DNA from: Octopus vulgaris
Lineage: Eukaryota
Direction of reading: 5' to 3'
Length of the DNA: 64,000 nucleotides
Assembly (NCBI GenBank): GCA_951406725.2
Contig: OX597817.1
Location: 108,252,001 to 108,316,000 of the forward strand
The position numbers were made by a program, and so were the translations under genes. Of the stretch, positions 27,098 through 39,203 are shown in pieces. Every line of letters starts with the position of its first letter. The stretch's first letter is position 1. The notes beneath the pieces were generated by a model. It was not told the origin of the DNA. It saw nothing but the letters and a program-made list of their open reading frames with translations, and did not search any database.

Positions 27098-27870
27098 ACC
27101 TTTGTTGACTCGGAGAAAGCCTTTGATAGGGTCCTCCAATCCCTTATCTAGTTGTCAATGGGGAAACCAGGGATAGATGAGTGGTTGGTGAAAGCTGTAC
27201 AAGCTATGTACAGGGATGCTACCAGTAAGGTGAGGTTTGGCAATGAGTACAGTGAAGAATTCAGGGTACAAGTAGGGGTTCACCAAGGATCGGTGCTCAG
27301 ACCCCTTTTGTTCATCATAGTCTTGCAATAACAGGGGAATTCAAGACAGGCTGCCCCTGGGAGCTCTTCTATGCTGATGACATTGCTCTTGTGGCCTTGT
27401 TCAATCTGTAGAAAAGGTGTAGGTAGAAACTCCATAAGATGCACTCAGTGTAAACTTTGGACACATAAAAGGTGCAGCAATATCAAGGGAAGGTTAACAA
27501 GAAAACTAGCTTTTGTATGTGAGATGCACAGTTACAATAAACGTTGAAAATGGGCAGAAAATAGACTCCATGAACTGCCAGGGGAACAAGCTAGAGGTAG
27601 TAGATATCTTCCGTTATCTAGGTGACCAAGTTAGTAGTGGAGGTGGAAGCTCCGAGAGTGTAGCTGTGAGAATAAGATTAGAATGGGCAAAGTTCAGAGA
27701 GCTCTTACTCCTGCTGGTAACAAAGGGCCTTTCTGTGAAAGTGAAAGGCAGATTGTTGTAAGCCTGTGTGCGAACAGCTATGCTGCATAGCAGTGAAACA
27801 TGAACTGTGACAGCTGATGACATGCATAGGCTTGAAAGAAATGAAGCCAGTATCTGCTGTGTAATAACAT
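27098..27870 (+). mobile_element. RTE-clade LINE reverse transcriptase remnant
   Basis: FVDSEKAFDRV, VGVHQGSVL.PLLF, FYADDIAL, FRYLGD; stops and an internal deletion. Confidence 0.9.
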
Positions 27871-29698
27871 TAGAATGATATGTGTGTGTGTGTGTGTATA
27901 TATATAATCGAAATAAGTGAAATATTTTAAGAAGCTTTTGGGTGACTTGTGAATTTTTAGATGCTTAAAACATGACACTTCTGATAACTTATTGATATAT
28001 CACTTAAATAACCAAGGAAATGTGGAGCAAAACTCAAAATCCCCAAGGGCTACCATTCATACTGAGTGTTTAGAATTTTAAGAAGAATTTTGAAAACTCA
28101 CTTCCAGAATTGATAAATAAGGTACTAATCCATTGTAAATGGACTGGCAGAATCATTACATCAATAGGTTGGACAGGATGTCTTGTGGAATTTGTTCCTG
28201 GTCTTTGAGTTCTGAGTTCAAACCCCATAGTAGCCTGCTCAGATGGTAGACTTAATACATCACCCGGTTTAATGTCATCCAGTGATTTTTATTTTAGATG
28301 CTTTAGAATCCTCTCTGTGCTTATATGGTTACTTGAGCTGCTAGAAATAACAGCTATATAGATTTGATGTATCCTTGTTATTAGTTCTTTTAACTCTGAA
28401 GCACCTTATGATACAAAAGATTTTGTTTTGGAAATCTAGAGAGAAAACTAAGGCAGTGTCTGTATATCTCCTATCATTGCTGTTTGAGACTTCTTTACTG
28501 TGGAACATCTTTCATGATAGGCCTGCTCAATAAGAACAGTTCAGGTGCTACACAACATACATTCAAGAAGAAATATTGTTTTCAATGGGATAAGGCCTGT
28601 TTTTGTTGAAGAGGAAAGTAGTCTGTTGTTGAGCGCTGTGTCAGCTGCGACCAGGTAGACCTATGATCAAAGGTCATACATCAATGATCATCCCAACACT
28701 TTATTATTTTATAGTGCATCTAAAGTGTCCTATTGTATGTAGGATATTTACCTGCTAAACAAGCTGAGTGACCACATAAAGACTTCCCTTTTTATCAACT
28801 CTGGAGAAAGAGAGAGCAAAACTGATTCAAACTTGGAATCAAGAGGGACAGACTGATTAAAAGTAATAGGATGATAACGTTTACTAAACTGTACCAATCA
28901 ATGTGGAGTAACATGAAATACCAAGCTATAATTAACAGCATCAAAACGTTACTGAATAATGTCAACTATGCATCAAACAATGAAGAAAATCTACATTAAA
29001 CAGCAGTCAAGAGATAACAAAACAAAGCTATGTAAAGTGATTTTGTGAAATCAAGCTTTTACCCTGACTACATCTTTCTTTGTGGTTGTTATATAGTATC
29101 TGAAATCCACAGATATTTAGAAAACAACTTTGATTATCACCAAGATTTTAGGGAATTTATAAAAATCAATCTTATTTTTTGTTTTCGAAACAATGTTTAT
29201 CCCAGTGGTGAAACAATAGACTTTTATTAATGTATTGTTTTGTCAGATTTTACAGAACTTATAGCTTTGTCAGTGTAATTTAAACTGTAGTTTCTTGAAG
29301 CAAGTATGAGAGAGAGGTTATCATTTGACTGAAGAAACATCTAAAGTACTGGCAGACTAGTTGAGTTGATTTTTAAAATAACTATTTTGATAAATATTTT
29401 TAAGAACTACTTTCATTCACATATTCGGTGATTCAATATAATGTATCTGGACAAGAAAATTGATCTAGTTACTTATATTTAAAAAACAAAACAAAACAAA
29501 AATAGTAGCTCATGTTTGAACTTTCTGCAGCACTTGTTTTATATTTAAAAGAGAACATTCGTAACATGATAATATGCTAGCTGACCTGTGATCAAAAATG
29601 TCGTTCCAGCTGTGATAATCCCATTTCACTTTTAGACATAGCGTAACTAGCAGTACTTTTATGGTAGCCATTTTTTCTAAGACGTTTTTATGCGATTA

Positions 29699-30089
29699 CT
29701 AGCAGTATCGCCCGGCGTTGCTCGGGTTTGTTTCGACCCTTTAGAATTGGAATTTTTGAAAAGTAAAAATGTTGCATTATGTAGCTTATTATTCTCTTTA
29801 AGTGAACATTTTTCTGGTTGAAATGCACCGAAAAATGGCGACACAGCAGTCAAAAACTCGTAAAAAATAGGGATTTTCATAGAAAAAAACCCACCTTTTT
29901 GACGTAAATAATTTTTAGTCTTAACATGGTCCGATTTGAATTTTATCTTCTACAGAATGAAGAGCAAGCCTTCTTCTATCATACCCTCAATTTTGGTCAA
30001 CTTGCACCACAGGGTCTCGGAGGAGATAGTGTCAGCTGAAGGCTACTAAACCTGCCATACACAGACAACTTCAGCTTTATATATATAGA
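29699..30089 (-). mobile_element. Non-autonomous Helitron
   Basis: Minus strand starts TC(TATATA), ends with hairpin CCCGAGCAACGCCGGG then CTAG; inserted between A and T. Confidence 0.8.
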
Positions 30090-30502
30090 TATAAAACATC
30101 TGGATCGTGAATTGGTAGCGTTAGTAGAGCGTCGGATAAATTACTACAGCAATTCAAATCCCACAGACGTCATTTCTTCATTTCATCCTTCTTAGTCATT
30201 TATATAAAATTGACACATTAAATAAAGCTCCAACATCGGCACTCCTTTAGAAACGCACCTCTCCAAGACAATGCAATTAAAAATAAAAGTTATGGAAATG
30301 GAAAATATATACAAAGTAAATAACGTATGCAAAAAATTAGAAAGATTCATCCATTTTAAAATATTTTATGCGAAAAAATAAAACAAACGGAAAACGGCCA
30401 CTCGTGAATATAAACAAACGTCAGACGATACAAGGGGCGGAAAATTGCTTTTACCAGTAAGGTAGCCACTAAAACTTTTTTATTTTCTCTCTGCTTATTT
30501 CT

Positions 30503-30548
30503 GAGTTCCTTTCTGTTGAAGAGCCTAGGCTCGAAACATAAACGACTC
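30503..30548 (+). ncRNA. Degenerate hammerhead-like motif
   Basis: CTGTTGA-A-GAGCCTAGGCTC-GAAAC-ATA; A6 and stem III altered. Confidence 0.35.
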
Positions 30549-30639
30549 TCACTTCCTGAGCGTTAAGCTAATTCATCTGTTTGTTGTTTACACACCCGTC
30601 TTCGTCTTTTTTTTTTTTTTTTTTTTTGTAAATTCCAAC

Positions 30640-30937
30640 TATTATTAATGATACGTGGGGCCCGACAATATCGTCTGCGAATCGTAAGAAGACCGTTTCA
30701 CAATCTGTTTCTTGAAATTCAGTTTATAACCAATACGTACTATTATGTCGAATTTTGAGCCTGAACGTGGAATTTTTAATTCTATGACTTTATTTAGTCT
30801 CGGAAGAGATTTGGGAACAATAGAAAAGACCAATAACTAACCCTAACCCTAGCGAGTATGTACAGTAAAAAAATCTGATTAAAAATAATCAAGAATTTGC
30901 AAACGATATTGTCGGGCTCCTCGTATCATTAATAATA
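30640..30937. mobile_element. MITE
   Basis: ~45-bp TIR TATTATTAATGATACGTGGGGCCCGACAATATCGT / ACGATATTGTCGGGCTCCTCGTATCATTAATAATA. Confidence 0.8.
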
Positions 30938-31544
30938 CTTGACTGGTAAAAGTAAATTACCGCCCCTTGTATCGTCCGACATGGTTTTCCGTTTGTTTTA
31001 TTTTTTGGTATAAAATATTTAAAAATGGATGAATTTTTCTAATTTTTTGCATACATCATTTATTTTGTATATAGTTTCCATTTTCATTACATTTTCTGTG
31101 AGAGGTGCGTTTCTAAAGGAGCTCCCCGACATCAAGCAACTGACTTGGTAGACACCTACAAGATTATCCACCATCTTTCCAATAACAACTTTAGGCACCT
31201 TTTTGAATTCCATACGTTTAACATCCACGGAGGTGCTAACAAAATCAAAAAACAGCACAGCATCCATGACTTTCGGAGATATCTTTTTACGCTCAGAATT
31301 GCTGAAGCATAGCATTATCTAATCGTATCGGTTGTTAGCTGTCGGGACAACATCCTTCAAGACGTCCGTGTTTCCTGAAATTCGCCAGCACTACACCGGA
31401 TGTTCTTTTTAAAGATATTTTTGTGACTCATTCACTGTTCGTATTTTTTTGTGCATTATTTGTGTACTGTGCATACACTTTTGGCTACCTTTTCTGATGA
31501 GTTATAGTGCATTTGAACACTGTATAATTAAGTTCATTATTATT

Positions 31545-31985
31545 GGCTAGCCAGCAGAATCGTTAGCACGTCGGGCAAAATGCTTAGCGACATATCGTTC
31601 GTCTTTACATTCGGAGTTCAAATTCCGCCGAGGTCGACTTTGCCTTTCATCCTTTCGAGATCGATAAAATAAGTACCAGTTGAGCACAGGGGGTCAATGT
31701 AATCGATTCACCCCTCCCTCGATTTTGCTGGCCTTGTGCCAAAATTTCAAATCATTATTATAATTATGAAACCGGCGAACTGACATAATCGTTAGCAAGC
31801 TGGGCAAAATTCTTTGCAGCATTTCGTCTGTCTTTACGTTCTGAGTTCAAATTCTGCTGAGGTCGACTTCGCCTTTTATCCTTTTGGGGTCGATAAAATA
31901 AGTACCAGTTGGACAGTGGGGTCCATGTAATAAGCTTATCCCTTCCCCAAAATTGCTAGCCTTGTGCCAAAACTTGAAACCATTG
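31545..31985 (+). mobile_element. Two head-to-tail Nin-domain-type SINEs
   Basis: Two complete units, each ending ccttgtgccaaaa.tt.aaa. Confidence 0.85.
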
Positions 31986-32599
31986 TTATTACTACACACG
32001 TGTATACTCACAAGTGTGCGTGAACAAAAGTAAATATAAATATATGCATACATAAATAATTATCAGCAAGTGGCCTAATTTTGAAAAACACCTCTCCAGT
32101 TTCTCGACATTATTGGCAAATAATTAGGATAACAGCCACAGAAGTTATACAGAATAACCGGTATATTGAGTTTCCCACTCTCTCCAGAAGAAACTTGATA
32201 TGCATATTGTTATAGTAGCTAATGATTGAGGTAATCTCGAAAGAAGGACACATTGGTAAATAGAGAAGCCAAGCAGAAAGGTGAGACGAGAGAAAGAAAC
32301 AAAGAAAAAGAGCAGGAGACTGGGGAAGATAAGTGGTTGTAAAAGAAATATAATGATGGTGATGAAATATAATGAATAAGTAGAGCGGGATAAAGGAGAC
32401 ATGAGCCAGACTGACGAAGAAAAGAAAGTGAGAAGATGAAAAAGAAAACGACAGAAATGTGAAGGAAAATTAGAAGGCAGAAAGTGAAGATGAATAAAAA
32501 AATGCCGAGAAGGTTAAAAATAATAAATAAAAAAGAAGAAAACGGTAGACGAGGAGAACAAAGAAGCAATGACAAAAAGAATAATGCCATAATATTTAT

Positions 32600-32812
32600 T
32601 TCTTTATTACCCACTCGGGGTTAAACATAGAGGGAACAAACAAAGGGATTAAGTTGATTACATCGACACCAGTGCATAGCTGGTACTTATTTAATCGATC
32701 CAGAAAGGATGAAAGGCAAAGTCGATCTCGGCGGAATTTGAACTCAGAACGTAACGGCAGACGAAATACCGCTAAGCAGTTCGCCCGGCGTGCTAACGTT
32801 TCTGCCAGCTCG
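32600..32812 (-). mobile_element. Nin-domain-type SINE
   Basis: Family sequence as at 42986-43229. Confidence 0.85.
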
Positions 32813-33029
32813 GTGTATATAGCGGCCATAATATAAGGGTCAGTAAAAACAAGTGTATTGAAATAATTATAGAAGGTTAAAAACACATTGACTAGATATT
32901 TTACACATATTTAAATATATCTAATATCTATCTTTCGTGAAAATTTCAAGTGAATGGAATAAATATTTCGTAATTTATGAAGAAATAAACAAACAATCTT
33001 CCAAATTGCTGCGGCTAAAAGTTAAGGGT

Positions 33030-33496
33030 AACTTAGAAAAACTGGACTCCTAACCAAGGTTCTGTATTTAAGAGATGAGGAATTATGTACATAAGAAGCC
33101 CACGCTCTTAACCACTACGCCAAATGCCCGTGGGGAATTATGGAGTGAATTTTAGGGCTTATTAATCTAATATTTTTCTATCCTTCCTTAATACCGGTTC
33201 CCATATGCTGCTCATATCTGCACTCGGTCTGCTTAGGAGGTTGTTGTGACACGAGGAGATATTGGCCACGGGCATTTGGCTTAGTGGTTAAGAGCGCGGG
33301 CTACTAACCCCAAGATTCCGAGTTCGATTCCAAGCAGTAACAACAACAACAACATCGAAGAATACCTTAGGAATGAGAACCCAGGTTCGAAATTTCGCTA
33401 AGACACCCGAAGAAGGCTGGAGGGTATATCAGCCGAAACGTTGTGTTAACAACAAACAAGATGAGGACAAATATCCGTCGAATGTAAATAATGTAC
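33030..33496 (+). mobile_element. tRNA-like-headed element with 3' hammerhead and partial inverted copy
   Basis: A box 33277-33287, B box 33320-33331, hammerhead 33402-33447, inverted head 33097-33133. Confidence 0.65.
33402..33447 (+). ncRNA. Minimal type I hammerhead motif
   Basis: GACAC-CCGAAGA-A-GGCTG(10 nt)CAGCC-GAAAC-GT-T-GTGTT; palindromic AACGTT stem III. Confidence 0.7.
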
Positions 33497-33664
33497 TAAC
33501 CAAGTTATTTGTTGTTTAGAAGATTGTCAATGGGTTAACAGTTACTTCTTGTGATATTACATTATTGGAACATTCAACTGTCGACATGGCGGTATGTGAG
33601 AGACGACCGGTGTCCTGTGATGAAAAACAAAGAATTGTGTGCCCTTCAAAGAGAATAAGTGAAA

Positions 33665-34103
33665 TTGCTCCATGTCAGATGCTCTAGGGTTGGAAATCCG
33701 GAAAATTTATTCATCTCTGCACCCAACGGCAAAAACCAAAAACATTGTGTATCACGAAGCCCTGCAAGATTGAAATTTTGCATCAAAGATGCCTCTCCCT
33801 CCGACAACCTCTCTCACCAACCTCCGAAAACCTCTCTCGCCAACCTCCAACAATCTCTCTCGACAACCTCCAACAATCTCTCTCACCAGCCTCCGGCAGT
33901 CTTTCTCGCCAACCTCCGACAACCTCTTTCGCCAACCTCCGACAATCTCTCCTTCCTCCAGCTGACAGTTTTTTGTACTTTTTTGCGACGGAAAATACAC
34001 TTTTTGTGACACTTATAACGAAATTGCTTTTTTTCATATCAGAGTAATAAGGTGTTTAAATAGAACATCATTACCCCCGGGAATTACCGGGTATACCAGC
34101 TAG
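33665..34103 (+). mobile_element. Helitron 3' end (Pif1 helicase C-terminus)
   Basis: LHVRCSRVGNPENLFISAPNGK/TKNIVYHEAL; terminal hairpin CCCGG-GAATTA-CCGGG then CTAG|T. Confidence 0.85.
33795..33955 (+). repeat. ~21-22-bp minisatellite inside the Helitron 3' region
   Basis: About 7 copies of caacctccgacaa(t/c)ctctctc(g/a)c. Confidence 0.85.
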
Positions 34104-34134
34104 TATAGACATATATACATACATACATATTAGT

Positions 34135-34343
34135 TTCAAATTTTGGCACAAGGCCAGCAATTTCGGGGAGGGGATAAGTCAGTTACATCGACTTCAGTGC
34201 TCAACCGGTTCTTATTTAAACGACTCCGAAAGCATGAAAGGTAAAGTCAACCGCAGCGGAATTTGAACTGAGAACGTTGAGACGGACGAAGCGTCGCTAA
34301 GCATTTTGACCGGCATGCTAACGATTCTGTCAGTTCACCATCT
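34135..34343 (-). mobile_element. Nin-domain-type SINE
   Basis: Family sequence. Confidence 0.8.
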
Positions 34344-35693
34344 TATTATATATACACATACATATTACTCAAAACCTTGGAACGCCTGAATCAGGGCCTT
34401 AAAACCGGAAGCAGCTTAAAGTCATAATCAGGACTATGTATGTATGTATGTATGTATGTATGTATGTATGTATGTATGTATGTTTTAAATAAAAAGTATG
34501 AAACTTTACTCTCATATTTAGTATTGAGTGCTACATATCAAAGTTATCAATTCCAGCAAATTAAAGACATCTCGCTGTCTCTGTTTCTGTGTGTGTGTGT
34601 GTGTGTGTATGTGTATAAGTACATTGTTGACATGTAAAATTGAATGACGTCATAAACGCTTCTGGAGGAGTCGAAATGAATACTGCTGACGATTTAATCT
34701 CAAAGAAATATAGAAAAGACGAAGCGGTTGAGGTTGATATTAAAGATGAAGTTTCCCTGGTGTGAGCAAATCGTCGCTAAGGAAAGTGAATTTAGAACCA
34801 TAACACTGTATAACACGACTTTTATCCTTGGGTAGCAACGATTATTTCTTACTTATTTACCCCTATAAAATATGTAAAACGGCTAATATTTCCTTCAAAC
34901 TTTGCTTTTGTTACAATATTTATTCAAACCCTAAAGAATCCCTCTTGGCACATGGCTATAATGCTCCCCCACTACAGCTCATGATCAGAGATGCACATAT
35001 TGTCAGCCACTAAGTGGACATGCTCAAGTGGTTTATCTCAAGCAACTGACAAAGCAAATCCGTGGTATTGAGCAGAATATTTTCCTATAATGATATTTCT
35101 GCTTCCACAACTCAATGCTGAATCCATCTGAAATGTAATGGAAAATAGGTCAACTTCAAAATATTGATGTCCAGGTCACAAAAGCAAAGTTTGAATGGAA
35201 TTATAGTAATTTTCTTTGATTTCTCTATTGAAGCAAATAGGAAATAACACTTACTGACCCCATTACCCCACAAAAGAAACAAACTCCACCTCACACAGTG
35301 TAATGTATCAAACTATATACTGTAAGAGCTAGTGGTGTAAAAACACTCCAGCTATTTCTATCGTTCTCTTTCAATATGTACTTTGTTATTTAAACACAAG
35401 CGTAAATGTGTGGAGAAGGATATAATTGATTCGTAAAAATCTGTATAACATCGGTATATATTTTGATCTGAAGAAACGAGAGGCTAAATTGACTTCAGCA
35501 GGATCTAAACTCTCAGAAAGAAAGAAAATATTTATTTCAGAAGTCCTGTTACACATCTAACACCCATACTTACCAGTCAAAGGTGGAGGTCTAGGAGGTT
35601 ACACAAGCCTGCTAGACTTAGCAGCAAAATTTCCTCAATTTGCACCCTGCCATCTCAGAACACGAATGGCGACAAACGACAGATATCGCAAAG

Positions 35694-35758
<65 letters not shown>

Positions 35759-36544
35759 TCACACGTCGACAGAGCTTCCTCCTTTCTCAGTATTCTCGAC
35801 ATGGATTCCAAACAAGATCACGGTCAAGGTGACTTATGATCAAAAGTGTTTCAGCTGTGATCACAACTATTTTGGCACCAATCCAGATTCGCATATCACT
35901 TTACAGTTTTACATTTCATTTGACACCTAACAGTTTTGCACTTTTTCACACTTTCACCTTACCTTTGAAATTACATTGTACGCCCACCATAACAGCTATG
36001 AGATCGCTAGTTCTGCTAGAAATAGCAGCCAAATCTACCTTAAATTATATCCTAATACTTTTACAAGAAGGAAGTACACATTTCTAATGATAGTCATTGC
36101 TGGGATGTCTGACCAAGTGTTAACAACAGCTATAGATGATGGGCAATTTCTAAAAGGTTTATTAAGGTAACCAAATGCTAAAAAATAAAAAGAATTACGA
36201 AAATCCTTTATGAAATTGAATAAATAAATAAATGAGCGGAATATCCTTTTAAACATTTTAAATAAAGATGAAAACACCGGGAAAAATGCTTAGCGGCATT
36301 TCTTCCAACTTTACATTCTAAGTTTAAATGCCACCGAGGTCGACTTTGCTTTTTATTATTCGAATGAAGTAATCTTGGCAACCTGGGCCTCCCACACTGA
36401 GTGTGAAAGTCAGATCTCTCCTTTCGAACAGATGAACTGTTTCGAAACATTGTTTACAAAATAATAGCTGATCATTTGCGAAGGAGCGTGTCTGCAGTCA
36501 ACATTTAACACTTTTGCTCTGGTAATCTTTATATTGTAGATAAT

Positions 36545-39120
36545 GCACTTTACAGCAGTTTACTAAGAAAAGAAATACCCAGCAAATATAAACAGGCACC
36601 CAGCAACACTTTAGATGAAATAAATAAAAAGAGAATGGTTTTTAAGAGCAGAGAAAAAAAAATTGGATATAGATAGTTACTACTCAACTATTAATCCAAT
36701 AGTAAGTGTTAAATAAAGCTCTCATTTTCGCAATGAAAAAAGCTAGTTTATCTAGAGAAGACGTGGACATAATCCTATCAGCTCGTCAAACTGTTATTAG
36801 TTACGATAACAAAATATGGACGAGATCTGATAGGCCAAATTCTTTTGATATAACAATGGGATCAAGCGATTCGGCTGAGGTTTCGGATATCTTGGAATCT
36901 ACCTATTAACCGAAGTCAAATCAGAATTCCCACAGATAACAGGAGGTCTGTAAAAAACTGTACTAAAGTTGAGATCGAAAGATACAGAAAAAAACTCCGA
37001 AATATTTTTAGACGTTTCGGCCTTTCTATTACTATAGACGGTAATTATCCTAAGGTAAACTCTTTAGATGCAACTTTCAATTTGGAAAATGGCATGTACG
37101 AACCATACCTAATGAATGCTTAAGATATATAAATGTTAATTCCAACCATCCACCTTCCATAATCAAAAGTATAATTAAGAATGTAGCTACCAGAATATTA
37201 CGTTTATCAGCATCAGAAGAAATATTCAAACAACATGCACAATACTACAATGAAGTGTTTGCTAGGGCCGGATATAAAGAGAGAATCAAGTTTGTAAATA
37301 ACAAAACATCAAATAACAATAACATAAACACCAATAAGATAGAATACGCAGTTAAGTCGAATTGCATCAACTAAGGAATAACAAGAAAAAAGGGAAAACC
37401 TGAGGAACAAAGGAAAGATTGGAGGAAAATGGATATATACCCAAAAGGAAAGAAAAAATACAATCACACATAATCACTACACACAAAAATATGGAAGAAA
37501 CCAAACAAAACGTACAAAAATTCCGAAGTCCTATGGTATAATCCAATTTTTAGACTCCAAATATCGTCTAAGATTGGTAAGCAATTCATTGCAGCATTAA
37601 ATAGATGCTTTCCTAAAACACATAAATACTACCGTTTATTCAACAAACAGTGAAAATATCGTATGCAACATCTTACAACATGGAGGACTACATACATAAA
37701 TACAACAACCAGAAATTGAATACACAAACAACGTCTGTTGGTAGAGAGCAAACAAATCAAAACTACACAGAATTTAACACCAATAACCAAAATACACAAC
37801 AGATAAACTGCAAAATCTCAGATGGCGTAAAAGACGGTGACAATATAGTTGAAATATATCATACAAAAAGATCCAACAAAACAGATTACCGATTAAACAA
37901 AGCCTCGGATACTAGAAATCAAACGGAACATCATGAAAACAGAATCAAAAAGCCGCCAGATAAACATAAGAATAATAAGAATACGATTAACTGCACATGC
38001 TGCGAAAATCCGTATGTCCGCTCCTGAACCAATGTGCTCAAAAAACATAGTATATAAATGCATAATCTACACATCTAAACATAATTACACATAAATTACG
38101 TGTACATAGGTGTCACTGAAAACCAATTTAAAGTCCGTTATCGAAACCACATCTCGTCATTCCGAAAAATAAATAGACGGCACACGACCTCGCTGGCAGA
38201 CCTCATATGGGGACTGAAAGAATCAAAAATTAAATTCCAAATAGAATGGTAAAAAAAAACAAAACAAAAAAAAAACGCACATCCATGTACTTCACTATCC
38301 GGAAAATGTCACCTTTGCCTTGCAGAAGCACTGAGTATTCTACTGAGTAATAAAAAATCTAGTGAATAAAGATGATGAGAACATTCCAAGATGTAACCAC
38401 CGTACCAAATATGCTTTTCCAGATGAAACAGTGTATAAATTATAATAATAATTATTATTCTACCTCGCTAAACCCATTTTTACCGCCTTCACGTATGTAT
38501 AGGAGTGTGTATTTATGATGGAGCGTTCAGCAATATAACTATGTACATGGAAATGAGTAAATAAATATATAAGCGTCTATAGATGTGAATGTGTTTATTG
38601 ATATGTAGGTGAGTATATGTATGCGTGTGTGCATCAGAATATATGTACATATATCTTATATATATGCATGTACGTGTCTGCGTGTGAGTGTATGTTTGTT
38701 TGTGTGTGTATGTGTGTGTGTTTGTGTGTGTATGTATGGAAACACTCAGTGATATATGGTATATCGGTGTGTAAGTGATTGCATATGTATGAGCTAATGC
38801 ATAAATGTATTTTGCGTAATGGTAGTTTGGTATGTGTAGAATAATATATCGAAACTGAATAAATAAACAGACAACGTGTACATTGCGGCTCATATCGAAC
38901 GTGATAACACACTCACACCGAGCGATTTGAAACCGTCAGCGTTTGTTAGTTTTAAAGAAGTCATGTAGCATGGAAATCTAGATTTACTAACGGAAACAGC
39001 AAATGAGTATCGCCTGAGGAGATACATATAGATCTTCTTACACAGGTAAATCGTTACATAATTTTAACTTAAATTTAAATCCTGTATGTACGAAGATATG
39101 TATGTATCGAAACTCTTCCT
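36545..39120 (+). mobile_element. Penelope-like retroelement (Naiad-type RT + GIY-YIG endonuclease), disrupted
   Basis: FDITMGSSDSAEV; YINVNSNHPPSIIK; VKISY; CTC..CPLLNQC..NIVYKC; YIGVTENQFKVRYRNHISSF; GKCHLCLAE; RCNH; frameshifts. Confidence 0.9.
39005..39115 (+). ncRNA. Hammerhead core with an 88-nt stem II in the PLE 3' region
   Basis: CTGAGGA (39014)-GATACATA...TATGTATC-GAAAC (39109); internal pairs ATCTTC/GAAGAT and CAGG/CCTG. Confidence 0.6.
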
Positions 39121-39163
39121 TTTGACTCTTTTACTTTATATATATATGCATATATTGGGTCAT

Positions 39164-39201
<38 letters not shown>

Positions 39202-39203
39202 TA

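Larger units (their letters stand above)
30242..31122. repeat. Diverged inverted repeat enclosing nested insertions
   Basis: ctcctttagaaacgcacctct...gatacaaggggcgg...ttttaccagt (30242-30458) mirrored at ~30942-31122. Confidence 0.8.

Noticed and set aside
31494-31530. CTGATGA plus hairpin
   Set aside because: Stem II-like pairing, but no GAAA before the SINE; too incomplete to call.
33270-33340. Bona fide tRNA gene
   Set aside because: A/B boxes are present but there is no good acceptor stem; this and similar heads (26194, 25950-26008) are SINE-type.
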